This document shows, in pieces, positions 1-9,314 of a DNA stretch of 64,000 bases (position 1 is its first letter; each line of letters starts with the position of its first letter). Below the pieces are notes generated by a model, which saw nothing but the letters and a program-made list of their open reading frames with translations, was not told the origin of the DNA and did no database searches. Made by a program: the position numbers and the translations under genes. Location of the stretch: the IMG/VR virus record IMGVR_UViG_3300037313_001869, positions 32,001 through 96,000 of that record; one strand, written 5' to 3'. This stretch comes from a virus (Duplodnaviria; Caudoviricetes).

Positions 1-450
1 GACGACCTCACGATCGAGCAGTACCGCGAGCTGGGGCGTGAGGTCGAAAAGAAGCTCACGAAGGACGGGCTCATCGGCGTCCCGAGGTCGACCAAGAAGA
101 GCAAGACCGCCGAGGCCAAGAACGCTTCGAGGCGCCTCTCCTGGATGATCATGCAGGATGACTGGAAGAACCCTGTCTCCCGCCTGGTCAGCAAGGACCT
201 GATTCCGTTCCAGGTCGGCCTCCACACGCACTTCCAGCTCCTCGCCGGACGGGGTGGGAAGCTGCCCGAGGGCTTCTTCGACATGGCTTCGGAGTTCGCC
301 TTCATCCACTTCAAGCTCATGATGGTCCGGCACATGTGGCGCGTCTCGACCAGCGCCGGGCCCCAGTTCGGAGACTGGAAATCGCACATCGACTTCCACG
401 CGAGCATGGCCAAGATCGCGAGGGAGTGCCGCAAGAAGGACCGCGAGTGA
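1..450 (+). CDS. hypothetical protein (5' partial)
   Basis: Open frame from base 1 to TGA at 450; GC3-rich codons; GTGA overlap with next gene. Confidence 0.75.
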   Translation, partial: DDLTIEQYRELGREVEKKLTKDGLIGVPRSTKKSKTAEAKNASRRLSWMIMQDDWKNPVSRLVSKDLIPFQVGLHTHFQLLAGRGGKLPEGFFDMASEFAFIHFKLMMVRHMWRVSTSAGPQFGDWKSHIDFHASMAKIARECRKKDRE

Positions 451-671
451 CCACCACCTGGGTCACGCCGGGCGCCCTCGCTCACCGGTGTGACGAGCCC
501 GAGGTCGCCTCGTGGATCGTCACCGAGGTGTACGAACGGCAGGTCGAGATCAAGCACCTGCGCACCGGCGAGACCCTCTGCCTGAACACCCGGCATTTCT
601 GCGAGAGATTTACCCAAGTCTCTCGCGGCGACCGGTTCGAGCGCATCGCCAACAATATGGAGATCCTCTGA
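447..671 (+). CDS. small beta-barrel-like protein with RFER tag
   Basis: GTG start overlaps upstream TGA; ends DRFERIANNMEIL. Confidence 0.75.
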   Translation: MTTTWVTPGALAHRCDEPEVASWIVTEVYERQVEIKHLRTGETLCLNTRHFCERFTQVSRGDRFERIANNMEIL

Positions 672-673
672 CC

Positions 674-1015
674 ATGCCAACCGACGAAGAAGTCTGGGCT
701 GCCCTCGACCTCATCATGAACCCAACCTTGCCCCCGTGGGCGGTGACAGGGGCAACCGCCTACCACCGCGGGCTCAATGCGTTTTTGCGCATCACCGAGA
801 TCGACGCTGACCGCGTGGTCTTGCAGCCGGTCAACCTCGGCCAGCGTTACTCTCGGGGGGTCGTGCTCTCGAAAAGCGACTTTCTGAGCCTGTGTTCCGA
901 GCGCATGGAGTGCCCCCGGGGCGGGGAGCTTCTCAAGTACGAGCCCGACCTGACCGTCACCTTCCCCAAGCCCGAGCCCCTGCCGAACCGCTTCGAGCGC
1001 GAAGACCCGCTATGA
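674..1015 (+). CDS. hypothetical protein, PPW-module family, C-terminal RFER tag
   Basis: LPPWAVTG module; ends PNRFEREDPL. Confidence 0.8.
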   Translation: MPTDEEVWAALDLIMNPTLPPWAVTGATAYHRGLNAFLRITEIDADRVVLQPVNLGQRYSRGVVLSKSDFLSLCSERMECPRGGELLKYEPDLTVTFPKPEPLPNRFEREDPL

Positions 1016-1530
1016 GCCTTGTCCGTCTTCTCACCGTCCAGGACGCCGCCCATTGGCGGCGTGCTCGGCAAACCAGGGTCCTCACCGGCGGGAGCGGCTC
1101 TCACGTCGACATCGATTGGCTTCCGGCCTACGACTGGATGCGGGGCCAGATGCGCCGCCGGCTCCCGAGCTTCTCGGGAGACTACCCCGTCTGGGCCTGG
1201 CCCGACACGACCCCCGAAGAGGTCCGCTCGCGCGGCGGGTGGGGCAACGGGGGCGAGGAGATGGTCCTTCTCACCTTGGAGGTGCCCGCCTCGCGTGTGC
1301 TCCTCTCGGACTTCCTCGCCTGGCATTCGGTTCTCAACCACACGGCCATCGGCATCGACGATGACCGGGCGACGCCAGCCGAACGCGAGGCGAGCTGGGA
1401 GCGCATCTTCTACCCGGCCAAGGTCGACTGGACCGACCGGGACGTGATCCAGGCGTGCATCGACCGGGTCTACCTGCCCGAGATCGTTTCGGAGACCTAC
1501 TTCGTCGTCGAGCCGGACGAGTCGGTGTAG
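1012..1530 (+). CDS. DUF3841-like protein
   Basis: AYDWMRGQM..YPVWAW and VLLSDFLAWHSVLN motifs; ATGA overlap. Confidence 0.75.
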   Translation: MSLVRLLTVQDAAHWRRARQTRVLTGGSGSHVDIDWLPAYDWMRGQMRRRLPSFSGDYPVWAWPDTTPEEVRSRGGWGNGGEEMVLLTLEVPASRVLLSDFLAWHSVLNHTAIGIDDDRATPAEREASWERIFYPAKVDWTDRDVIQACIDRVYLPEIVSETYFVVEPDESV

Positions 1531-1541
1531 TAGCCGGGGCG

Positions 1542-1748
1542 ATGACCTGCCCCCACTGCGATCAGCCCCTCACCGAAGGCGTGACCCTCTACCACGAAGG
1601 CATTGCCATCGGTCGTGTGCCGTTCTGCGGGGCCTGCGTCGAGAACGCCGGGCCCGAGGCCAAAGGCGAGGTGTGGACGGTCGCCCCCGCCGTCGGCTAC
1701 AGCACGCCGCTTGCAACGGCGTTCGTGTACGCGACGATGAGGAACTAG
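1542..1748 (+). CDS. small CxxC...CxxC zinc-binding protein
   Basis: CPHC/CGAC; CGGTGTA motif 12 nt upstream. Confidence 0.65.
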   Translation: MTCPHCDQPLTEGVTLYHEGIAIGRVPFCGACVENAGPEAKGEVWTVAPAVGYSTPLATAFVYATMRN

Positions 1749-1751
1749 CCT

Positions 1752-2102
1752 ATGGCCTCGCCCATTTTCAACAAGAAGCAGGAGCAACGGGGTCTCGCCA
1801 CCAAGGAGGCGCGGAGGATCAGCCGCACTTCCGACGGGCGGTCGTATGTCCCGGTTTCGGTCGCCACGGCCGAGAACCTGTGGAAGTACGCGACCCTGTG
1901 TGTGGAGAAGAAGGAGCCCTTCTCTCTCCTGAGCAACCTCGGCCCCTGGAACAAGGAAACCGGGACTCCGGCCATCCGGCTCATCCCTCCCGACCAGGTT
2001 CCCGAAGAGGCCGTGCGGCTCGTTCGTGAGGCGTTCGAGGCGATCGGCGCGGAGGTCCTCGAAGGACCTCCGGACCGGTTCGACCGCGAGGACGTGCTCT
2101 AA
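1752..2102 (+). CDS. hypothetical protein with RFDR tag
   Basis: Ends PDRFDREDVL-TAA. Confidence 0.8.
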   Translation: MASPIFNKKQEQRGLATKEARRISRTSDGRSYVPVSVATAENLWKYATLCVEKKEPFSLLSNLGPWNKETGTPAIRLIPPDQVPEEAVRLVREAFEAIGAEVLEGPPDRFDREDVL

Positions 2103-2642
2103 GAGCGCCATCCACTCGATCTTGGCGAACGAGAGGCCGAGCGCGAGGGCCTCGGCCGCCGTGATGACGAGCCCGTCCTTGCCCTCGGCCTTGACCCGGG
2201 AGGGCATGATGGGCTCGCCCGGGTGGAAGGTGAAGACCACCTCCTTGCCGTCGTCCTCGCCGAGGATGGCCACGGTGAAGGGAGCGACCTTGGCTTCGGC
2301 AGGGCGAAGGGCGACGCACGCCTCGACGAAGCCCGTCTTCTTCGGGTCGCGCAGGACCACGGGCGTCTCGGGGGGCAGGTCGGCGAGAGCCGAGAGCCCC
2401 TCGAAGCCCGGAAGCTCGGCCCGGAAAGCCGTGCAACCCTTCATCACGGCCGGGTGCTCGTAGGGGGCCCACGAGGCCGAGAAGAGCGCCGTCTCGATGG
2501 CCGACGGTTCGAGGTCGTAGCCGCTGCCGGCCGCTGCCGGAGAGAGCCGGGAGCGCATGGCAAGGCAGCTCGCGAAGTAGGCCGAGAGGGCCGAGCGGGT
2601 GGTGGAGAAAGCGACGAGAACGCGGGCGGTCGAGTTGGTCAT
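2100..2642 (-). CDS. hypothetical protein (ends at TTA)
   Basis: GAGGGGG RBS and ATG at 2642; in-frame TTA at 2102-2100 coincides with the convergent gene's TAA; code-11 extension would run about 600 nt antisense. Confidence 0.7.
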
Positions 2643-2686
2643 GCCCCCTCGATGCGCGACCCCTCCGGTATCTGACACGGTGTAGA

Positions 2687-3685
2687 ATGCTTCTCGTGAC
2701 CGACCTCCGAAACAAGATCCTGCTCGGTTCGTGCGAAGACCTCATCTGGCAGGTCCCCGACGGGTTTCTGCCGGCGCTCGTCACGGACCCGCCGTATGGA
2801 CTCGGTAACCGAGAGCCCTCGGCCCGCGAGATCGACGCCTACCTCGAAGGAGGGCGGCTGAACCTCGGCGGCGACTTCATGAACAAGAAGTGGGACATTC
2901 CCTCGGTCGCGTTCTGGAGAGAGTGCTACCGGGCCCTCGAAGACGGCGCCTACCTCGTCTCGTTCGGAGGGACCCGAACCTACGATCTCATCGGCGCCGG
3001 GCTTCTCGCGGCGGGCTTTCGGTGGGTCGCGAAGCGATACTGGGTTCAGTCTCAGGGGATGCCGAAGGGCGGGACCATCGGCAAGAAGATCGACCAGAAG
3101 GCCGGCGCTACGCGAAAGGTCGTCGGCCTGAAGAAGCTGAACGAGCGAGACACGAAGACCTACTACCCGAAGGCCGAGGGCGGCTACGGCGGCATGGACC
3201 CGGCGAACCGTCCGGCAAGCATGTTGATCACCGAGCCGGCCACCGAAGAGGCCGAGCTGTGGGAAGGCTGGGGCTCGACGCTCAAGCCCGCGTGGGAGCC
3301 CATCTACGTCGTCTCGAAGGGCGAGCCTCGCCGGCCCCTCGACCTCGATACGTTCCTCTACTGCGCCAAGGCCACGAAGAGCGAGACCACGCTCCGGGGC
3401 GAGATCGAGAACGATCACCCGACCAAAAAGCCGGTCGAGCTGATGCGCTGGCTTGTGCGTGCTGTCGCTCGACCCGGGGACCTCGTGCTCGACCCCTACG
3501 TGGGCTCAGGGTCAACGGCCGAGGCGCTCGTTCACGAGGGCATGGCCTACCTCGGCTTCGAGCGAGACCCGGCCTTTCACAAGATCGCCGACACCCGCGC
3601 AAGCATCGTGCTCGCAGAGCGCCAGGAGTTCGATGGGCATCGAAATGCTTTCGACCTGGCCATGTCCCTCGGAGACGACGAATGA
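2687..3685 (+). CDS. DNA N4-C/N6-A methyltransferase (beta class)
   Basis: TDPPY, HPTKKP, VLDPYVGSGST motifs; true start may be GTG 2696. Confidence 0.9.
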   Translation: MLLVTDLRNKILLGSCEDLIWQVPDGFLPALVTDPPYGLGNREPSAREIDAYLEGGRLNLGGDFMNKKWDIPSVAFWRECYRALEDGAYLVSFGGTRTYDLIGAGLLAAGFRWVAKRYWVQSQGMPKGGTIGKKIDQKAGATRKVVGLKKLNERDTKTYYPKAEGGYGGMDPANRPASMLITEPATEEAELWEGWGSTLKPAWEPIYVVSKGEPRRPLDLDTFLYCAKATKSETTLRGEIENDHPTKKPVELMRWLVRAVARPGDLVLDPYVGSGSTAEALVHEGMAYLGFERDPAFHKIADTRASIVLAERQEFDGHRNAFDLAMSLGDDE

Positions 3686-4452
3686 ACGCAGCCGCTCTCA
3701 TCCTCTCTGACGCCTTCGAGACCCGAGACGAGTGGGAGGTCCTCCTCTCTTCGGTTCTACCGGGGGCACACGTTGTTCTCGTCGAGGAGGGGCTCTTTCT
3801 CCGCTCCCTTCAGGCGAGGCGAGCGGGCTTTCACCTTCGCGACACGATCGCGTGCCTCTACCCGGGCGACCGGTCGAAGCTAGCCTACCTCTTCCGGGCG
3901 CCGATGAGCGAGAAGTCGCTGACGGACAACATCCTGAGGCACGGTACCGGGGGCCTGCACATCGACGCTTGCCGGGTCCAGACGAGCGACAAGCTCGGCG
4001 GAGGGGCCGAGAAGCGCTGCACCTTCGAGGACTCGGAAGGGTGGTCCCGCCCCTGGATGAAGGACCCCGAAGCCCAGGCGGCCTACGCGGCTCGGGCCCA
4101 GGCGGCCGTAGCACGGGCCGAGCAGCTCGGGAGGTGGCCCGCAAACCTGCTCCTCGTCCACGACCCTTCCTGTGGCCCCTCGTGCGCCCCTCTCTGCCCC
4201 GCGGCCCGTATCGGGGTTCAGAGCGGGCGACGGCCGGCCACCCTTACGGGGAGGGCCGACGGACCCCAGGAGAACCCCGCCACGGCCCGCCCCGACGCCT
4301 TCTTCGGCAACCTGAAGGGCGGTATTGGCGTGGTCTACGCCGACGACGGGGATGCGTCGCGGTACTTCCCCCAGTTCCGCAACGAAGAGGAGCTGTTCTC
4401 CTGGCTCGAACGGCTGGTGACGCCCGAGGGCAAAGCGTGCCTTCGCTTGTAA
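3682..4452 (+). CDS. methyltransferase-related protein lacking catalytic motifs
   Basis: GTGGLHIDACRV, GRWPANLL, ASRYF motifs resembling the variable insert of phage N4/N6 methylases. Confidence 0.65.
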   Translation: MNAAALILSDAFETRDEWEVLLSSVLPGAHVVLVEEGLFLRSLQARRAGFHLRDTIACLYPGDRSKLAYLFRAPMSEKSLTDNILRHGTGGLHIDACRVQTSDKLGGGAEKRCTFEDSEGWSRPWMKDPEAQAAYAARAQAAVARAEQLGRWPANLLLVHDPSCGPSCAPLCPAARIGVQSGRRPATLTGRADGPQENPATARPDAFFGNLKGGIGVVYADDGDASRYFPQFRNEEELFSWLERLVTPEGKACLRL

Positions 4453-4457
4453 AACCT

Positions 4458-4464
4458 CGGTGTA
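4458..4464 (+). promoter_or_regulatory. CGGTGTA start-proximal motif (representative of about 31 copies)
   Basis: 9 nt upstream of ATG 4474; full list in findings. Confidence 0.7.
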
Positions 4465-4473
4465 AAGAGGGGC

Positions 4474-4884
4474 ATGACGCTCCCCATTTTGATACAGGCT
4501 TCGGACGGCCAGGTCGACTACCGCGACCGCGACATCAAGGCCCGCCTTCTGCTTCTCATGAGCGTGCCTGTTGGCCGCTACGACGCGAGCGAGGGCGGGA
4601 AGTACAAGAGCCGTTCCCTGGAGAACTACTGGCTTCAGATCGCGGCCTGGTACGTCTTCGGGCTCGGGGTGCTCGACGTGAGCTTCTCGCTCACAGGTAG
4701 CGACTCCCCGCCCGAGGAGCTGAAAAAGGCGATGCCTCGTGTGCTTTTGCCGATCGCCGACTGCTCGGCGGCGACACAGCAGGCGGTCGAGATCATCCGG
4801 GAGCAGTCGGCCCGGTGGTTCGCGGAGGCCGAACCGGTTCTCTCGAAGCTGTCGTTCTTCACGCTGGCGAGCAAGACGCCATGA
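4474..4884 (+). CDS. hypothetical protein
   Basis: CGGTGTA 9 nt upstream; ATGA overlap downstream. Confidence 0.75.
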   Translation: MTLPILIQASDGQVDYRDRDIKARLLLLMSVPVGRYDASEGGKYKSRSLENYWLQIAAWYVFGLGVLDVSFSLTGSDSPPEELKKAMPRVLLPIADCSAATQQAVEIIREQSARWFAEAEPVLSKLSFFTLASKTP

Positions 4885-5570
4885 AGCCGATCATCTTCTG
4901 GCACTCGCCCGAGACCATCCCCGCCGAACTCTACGCGGAGTTCGGCGGCTCGTGCGGCTGTGACGGGGCCCTCGACGACGGCTGCCCGCTCTGCACCAAA
5001 GAGAAGAAGGCCGAGTGGCTCGCCCAGCGGGAGGCAAAGGCCCGGTGGGGGGAGCACGGCCACGCCCGGGACCGGGGAGATCGGGCCTCGCTGCTCAACC
5101 CCCGCTTCATTGTGGGGGAGCTGGACCCGGGCATCAACAACATGCTCGTCCTTGGCGAGTCGAACGTGTCGTGGGAGGGGGCGTTCTTGGATGCAGCCTT
5201 CCGGCAGATGCGTTCGGGAAAGGACGTGCTGCCCCTTCCGATCCGGGCAGGGACCATGAGCCCTGAGGTCGACCTCTGGGTACCCAACGCCTTCACCGAC
5301 GACTGGGAAGAGCTGCGGCCCGCGACACGCATCATCCAGGTCGGTACCCGCGAGGCATTCATAGTCGGTTCGGTCAACGACTACGAAAGCGTCGCCAAGG
5401 TCGCGAGGGTCTCGGCCATCAACCTTTTGCCCCGGCCGGTTCACGCGGACAAGGTGCCCTACGAGCCCTTCCGCTTTCGTGAGCACGCCATGCACGAATG
5501 GCGTTACCTCTGCGCCTACGCCGGGTCCGGGTTTCGGCCGGCCCGCTTCGACAGGGAGCCCCCGCTATGA
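4881..5570 (+). CDS. hypothetical protein with RFDR tag
   Basis: Ends PARFDREPPL. Confidence 0.75.
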   Translation: MKPIIFWHSPETIPAELYAEFGGSCGCDGALDDGCPLCTKEKKAEWLAQREAKARWGEHGHARDRGDRASLLNPRFIVGELDPGINNMLVLGESNVSWEGAFLDAAFRQMRSGKDVLPLPIRAGTMSPEVDLWVPNAFTDDWEELRPATRIIQVGTREAFIVGSVNDYESVAKVARVSAINLLPRPVHADKVPYEPFRFREHAMHEWRYLCAYAGSGFRPARFDREPPL

Positions 5571-5791
5571 CCTCGTTTCAGGACGCTATCCGCCGGGGCC
5601 ATGTCCGCCCAGGCGACGTGGTCACTGTCTCGCACGCCCTGCCTTACACGGCCCGCCGGGTCGTTCTCTCGGGAGTGCAGTTCAAGGAAGCCAACGACGC
5701 CGGGGCGTGGGTCTCGTCCTCCTGGGGCTCCGAGTGGGTGAGTTTTCGTCTCCGGTGGGAGCTTCACGACGAAGCCGCTGCTCTGATCTGA
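5567..5791 (+). CDS. small KOW/SH3-like protein
   Basis: ATGA overlap; VRPGDVVTV. Confidence 0.6.
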   Translation: MTSFQDAIRRGHVRPGDVVTVSHALPYTARRVVLSGVQFKEANDAGAWVSSSWGSEWVSFRLRWELHDEAAALI

Positions 5792-5809
5792 ACTTCCCTT
5801 CCGAAATGC

Positions 5810-5850
5810 ACGAAGGCCCGGGAGAGCGAACTCTCTCGGGCCTTCGTTTT
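5810..5850 (+). terminator. intrinsic terminator hairpin
   Basis: ACGAAGGCCCGGGAGAG-CGAA-CTCTCTCGGGCCTTCGT then TTT, between convergent genes. Confidence 0.75.
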
Positions 5851-5866
5851 GGGGCTTCCCTCGGGC

Positions 5867-7006
5867 CTAGTTCAGGTGTGAGGTCTCGGCGGGCTTCTCG
5901 GTGGTCGAGGTGGGGACCTGCCAGAGAGCCACCGGGATGTTCTTGCCGTCGTAGAGGCGGGAAGTGGTGCCGACCTTGACGAGCAGGTGCCTCTCCCGGG
6001 CGGCCCGCAGGAGCCCGACGAGGGAGAACGCCGACCGCTGGAGGGTCTCGCCGAGATCCTGGGCCGAGAACGACCGCAGCCCGAAGTGCTGACGCACCGA
6101 ATCCATCATGGTCTCGACCGTGATGGATTTCAGCTCGGGCTTCTCGGGCTTCTGCTTCTTCTTGGCAGCCTTGGTCTCGGGCTTCTTCTTGGCGGTCTTG
6201 GTCTCGGGCTTCTTCGCCGCCGGTTCGGTCTTGCCGGGCTGCTTCAGGTAGAAGTACCCGGTTTTGGTCCCCTCCTTGCGGACGTACTGGACGTTCGGCT
6301 GACGCAAGAGGTAGCGCCGGAGCTGATCCCGCTTGGCCTGCGCCTCGGGCAGGATCTTCCAGCCACGCCGGGCCATCGACTTCTCGATCTCGGTGAGGGT
6401 CACCTCCCGCCCTCCGAAGAGGTGGTGGAGGAACTTCTCCGGGTCGAGCGGCTGACCGACCGGGTTCGCGAGCCAGGTCCGCTCGGCGGCGTGGGGATCT
6501 TCGGCCTTCGGCTCGGCTTTCTTGCCCTTGCCCTTCTTCGGAGCCTCCTCCTCGGGGCTGCTCAGGCTCCCCACGAAGTAGCGCCCTCCGTCCATGGGAT
6601 GGAAGATGCCAGGGTGGTTGCGGAGTGCCCGGCGGAGCGAGCCTTCCGGGTCCCGGAGGCGTGCCGGAAGGAGGCTCTCGGTCACCATGGTGTCGTACAT
6701 GTCCTTGAACGACAGAGAGAGGCCGGCGAAACGGTCGTAGGCGATCTCGTGCAAGAACCGGAACTTGGCCTCGGGCTCTGTGGCCGGTGGGGGCGTAGGG
6801 GCCGGCTTGGCCGCCGGGGGTACCGGGGCTGCCGCCTTTGGCCCGGCCTTCACCTCGGGCTGACCGAGCGAGGCGGCCTGGGTGATGACCTCGGCGAGCG
6901 AGACCAGCTCGGTATCGTCGAGGCTCGGGTAAAAGCCCCGTAGGCGGAAGCGCGCCTTGGTGAAGTCCAGGGCGGCGTCGATCACTTCCTTGTTCGGTCC
7001 GGGCAT
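5867..7006 (-). CDS. hypothetical multi-domain protein with Lys/Pro/Ala-rich linkers (possible DNA binding)
   Basis: 379-aa ORF, GGAG RBS, KKPETK repeats. Confidence 0.8.
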   Translation of the reverse strand: MPGPNKEVIDAALDFTKARFRLRGFYPSLDDTELVSLAEVITQAASLGQPEVKAGPKAAAPVPPAAKPAPTPPPATEPEAKFRFLHEIAYDRFAGLSLSFKDMYDTMVTESLLPARLRDPEGSLRRALRNHPGIFHPMDGGRYFVGSLSSPEEEAPKKGKGKKAEPKAEDPHAAERTWLANPVGQPLDPEKFLHHLFGGREVTLTEIEKSMARRGWKILPEAQAKRDQLRRYLLRQPNVQYVRKEGTKTGYFYLKQPGKTEPAAKKPETKTAKKKPETKAAKKKQKPEKPELKSITVETMMDSVRQHFGLRSFSAQDLGETLQRSAFSLVGLLRAARERHLLVKVGTTSRLYDGKNIPVALWQVPTSTTEKPAETSHLN

Positions 7007-7009
7007 GGG

Positions 7010-7558
7010 TCAGTCTCCGTTCTCGGCGCGGGGAACGCGCCGCAGCGGGGGGATGGCGATCTTGTGCTTGCCCAGCTCCTTCTTGAGCGTGGCAACGTTC
7101 AGGCGAAGAACTTCGACCTCTTCGCGCAGCTCCTTGACGGTTGGGCCCTGCTTCTTTTTCTCGGATTTCGGGATCAGATCGCTGACGTGCTTGGCGATGA
7201 GCTGGTAGGTCGGGGGCATGTTCGAGAGCGCGATCCACGACCTCGTCTGCTTGATGATCTGCTGCCGAAACTGGGCCGGGACGCGGGCGATGAGGGCCGA
7301 GGCGTAGACGCCGAAGCGCTCGATGTCCTGGTCGGAGAGCAGGGTCGTGGCCTTCTCGAACGCCCGGTAGTGCGCCGGTGTGCAGAGGGACTCTTGCCGC
7401 AGCATGTCGTCCCAGTTCTGGTAGGGGCCCTTCTGCCAGACGCGCGTGAGGGGGCGCATCTCGACGAGGAGCTTCATCATCTTCAGGCGGTAGCTCTCGC
7501 CCCGCGTGGCGTAGCTCTTGACGTTGCGGATAAACGACTCGTACTCGTTGTTCGACAT
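7010..7558 (-). CDS. hypothetical protein with C-terminal coiled coil
   Basis: TGGTGTA motif 12 nt upstream of ATG 7558. Confidence 0.75.
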   Translation of the reverse strand: MSNNEYESFIRNVKSYATRGESYRLKMMKLLVEMRPLTRVWQKGPYQNWDDMLRQESLCTPAHYRAFEKATTLLSDQDIERFGVYASALIARVPAQFRQQIIKQTRSWIALSNMPPTYQLIAKHVSDLIPKSEKKKQGPTVKELREEVEVLRLNVATLKKELGKHKIAIPPLRRVPRAENGD

Positions 7559-7570
7559 GGCCCAGCTCTC

Positions 7571-7616
7571 TACACCAGCCTCGCCGGTTGCCCTGACGAT
7601 TTGCTCGCTCGGTGTA
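7571..7616. promoter_or_regulatory. divergent pair of GGTGTA motifs
   Basis: Minus copy 7571-7577 serves ATG 7558; plus copy 7610-7616 serves ATG 7626. Confidence 0.7.
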
Positions 7617-7625
7617 AAGGAAGCC

Positions 7626-8138
7626 ATGGCGACAAGCTACATCAAAGATCCGTACGTCTACCTCGCGGCCCAGCTTTTCGGCGTGAAAGACGAAGAGGTG
7701 ACGTTCGACATGCGCGAGGCCATGAGGCGCGCGGTCAGCTACGCGGCCGAATCCGGCGCCCCTGCCAAGGTCCGGTTCTCGCTGCTTCGGCAGCACCTCA
7801 ACGGCCTGGGAAACCACCTCGACGGCATCAAGCTCCCGTTCACGCTGACCTGTGACCAGGGGAACATCGAGGCGCTTCTCGACTACTTCGCGACGCCGAA
7901 GACCGGTCCGTCCGAAGTCTCGCCGGGCCTCTACGAGCACTTCAAGGGCACGCGCTACCGGGTCCTTCTTGTCTCCCGCGACTCCGAGAGCCGGGAGAAG
8001 CGCGCCATCTACACCCCCCTGACGCCCGAGGAAGGGTGGGACGGGGTGCCGTGGGACCGTCCGGTCGGCATGTGGGGCGACCTTGTGAGGTGGCCCGACG
8101 GCAAGTACCGTACGCGCTTCGCCCGCGTGAGCGACTAA
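7626..8138 (+). CDS. DUF1653-domain protein
   Basis: PGLYEHFKGTRYRV...WDRPVGMW...RF; motif upstream. Confidence 0.75.
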   Translation: MATSYIKDPYVYLAAQLFGVKDEEVTFDMREAMRRAVSYAAESGAPAKVRFSLLRQHLNGLGNHLDGIKLPFTLTCDQGNIEALLDYFATPKTGPSEVSPGLYEHFKGTRYRVLLVSRDSESREKRAIYTPLTPEEGWDGVPWDRPVGMWGDLVRWPDGKYRTRFARVSD

Positions 8139-8585
8139 GGCATCGACCAAGAGGTACCGCAGATTCATGCGCGTATCCTGATCGCGGATCTTCCGGAACC
8201 CCGGGCCCAGCTCGTCGGCGAGCGGCTCGGGGAACTGGATCACGGTCGAGAGCTGATCCTGCTGCCGGCAGTAGCAGACGAGGCCAAGCAAGCTCGTCGT
8301 CGGGTCGTCGCAGCGGTAGAGGCGGTGGGCCAGGTGCTCGCAGAAGAGCGAGAAGAACACTTCGGCGTTCGCCGCTTGGTAGTAGACCGGTTCGAGCCTC
8401 CGGCCCCAGGGGTACCAGAGCAGCCGCCGCATTCTCTCCCGGCCCCGCAGCGATTTGCTGGCCAGGAAAGCGAACTCGGCGTGAGCCGGATCGTCGTGGT
8501 GGGTGACATGCCAGCCGCAGGCGGCCAGCTCGCCGGCCTCGTCGATGGCCGCTTGCAGGGTGGGGTAAGGGCCGTACGTCTTCAC
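8136..8585 (-). CDS. hypothetical protein (ends at TTA)
   Basis: In-frame TTA at 8138-8136; code-11 ORF would run on to 5682 across other genes; start codon uncertain. Confidence 0.6.
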
Positions 8586-8634
8586 CTCTTCTGTCAGACC
8601 ACAAGTGCTTTTTCGTCCGGTGTACCTGAAACCC

Positions 8635-9045
8635 ATGGACTTCGACTCACTCATTGGACGGGAAGTGGACTTTTACGGGGTCGACAACAATCGCTTTCGG
8701 TTGGGTGTGACCGCCAGTGAGAGCGTGACGTTCGAGGCCATCGAAGACCCGAACGACGGCTACCGATCCATGATGGAAGAGATCCGCGTCGTGACCGACG
8801 GCTCCGGCATCTTCTTTCGCTACCCCATCGCTCGCGTCCGGATCGAGCGAGTCCAGGATTCGTTCGCGGGCTACCTCTTGCGGGACGTGGCGCGTGACCA
8901 TGTTTGGCTCAAGGTCGGGACCAGCAACACGGGCGACTACTATCCCTACTTCACGTTCGATTACACGGTCTGTGAGAACTTCGTCCATGACGACAACCCC
9001 GAGCCGACGGGCTCGCCGCGGTACGATCGCGAGGACGTGCTGTGA
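8635..9045 (+). CDS. hypothetical phage protein with RYDR tag
   Basis: Motif 10 nt upstream; ends SPRYDREDVL. Confidence 0.8.
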   Translation: MDFDSLIGREVDFYGVDNNRFRLGVTASESVTFEAIEDPNDGYRSMMEEIRVVTDGSGIFFRYPIARVRIERVQDSFAGYLLRDVARDHVWLKVGTSNTGDYYPYFTFDYTVCENFVHDDNPEPTGSPRYDREDVL

Positions 9046-9314
9046 GCTACTGCCGCATGAACGGCCGCGACTCGGACGTGTACGCCTACCACGATGCACG
9101 GGGAAAGCTCGTGTGCTGTGGCTGCTCGATCAGCCCCCACGATCCCGACACGGTAGGGTACGAAGAAACCTCGTACGCCGCGTTCGTAGCGCACCTCCGG
9201 GCGCACCAAGAACGCGGCGACAGGGTTCCTGAACGAGCCTTCCAGCGCCTCGAAGCCGAAGCGCTGGAAGAGGGCGATCTCGTTCAGCCGTTCAGTACAT
9301 CGACGGATCGATGA
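9042..9314 (+). CDS. small Cys/His protein
   Basis: GTGA overlap; SDVY..CCGC..HLRAH. Confidence 0.7.
   Translation: MSYCRMNGRDSDVYAYHDARGKLVCCGCSISPHDPDTVGYEETSYAAFVAHLRAHQERGDRVPERAFQRLEAEALEEGDLVQPFSTSTDR

Noticed and set aside
6150-6230. Short tandem DNA repeats (also 27090-27163 and 42570-42760)
   Set aside because: Explained by low-complexity protein segments (KKPETK, poly-D/E, AKAEE)
7626-8138. Terminal RTRFARVSD as an RFDR tag
   Set aside because: DUF1653 domains normally end in an RF motif, so it was not counted
5682-8654. 990-aa minus-strand ORF
   Set aside because: Only the part up to the TTA at 8136 looks coding; the rest is Arg/Pro-rich shadow overlapping real genes
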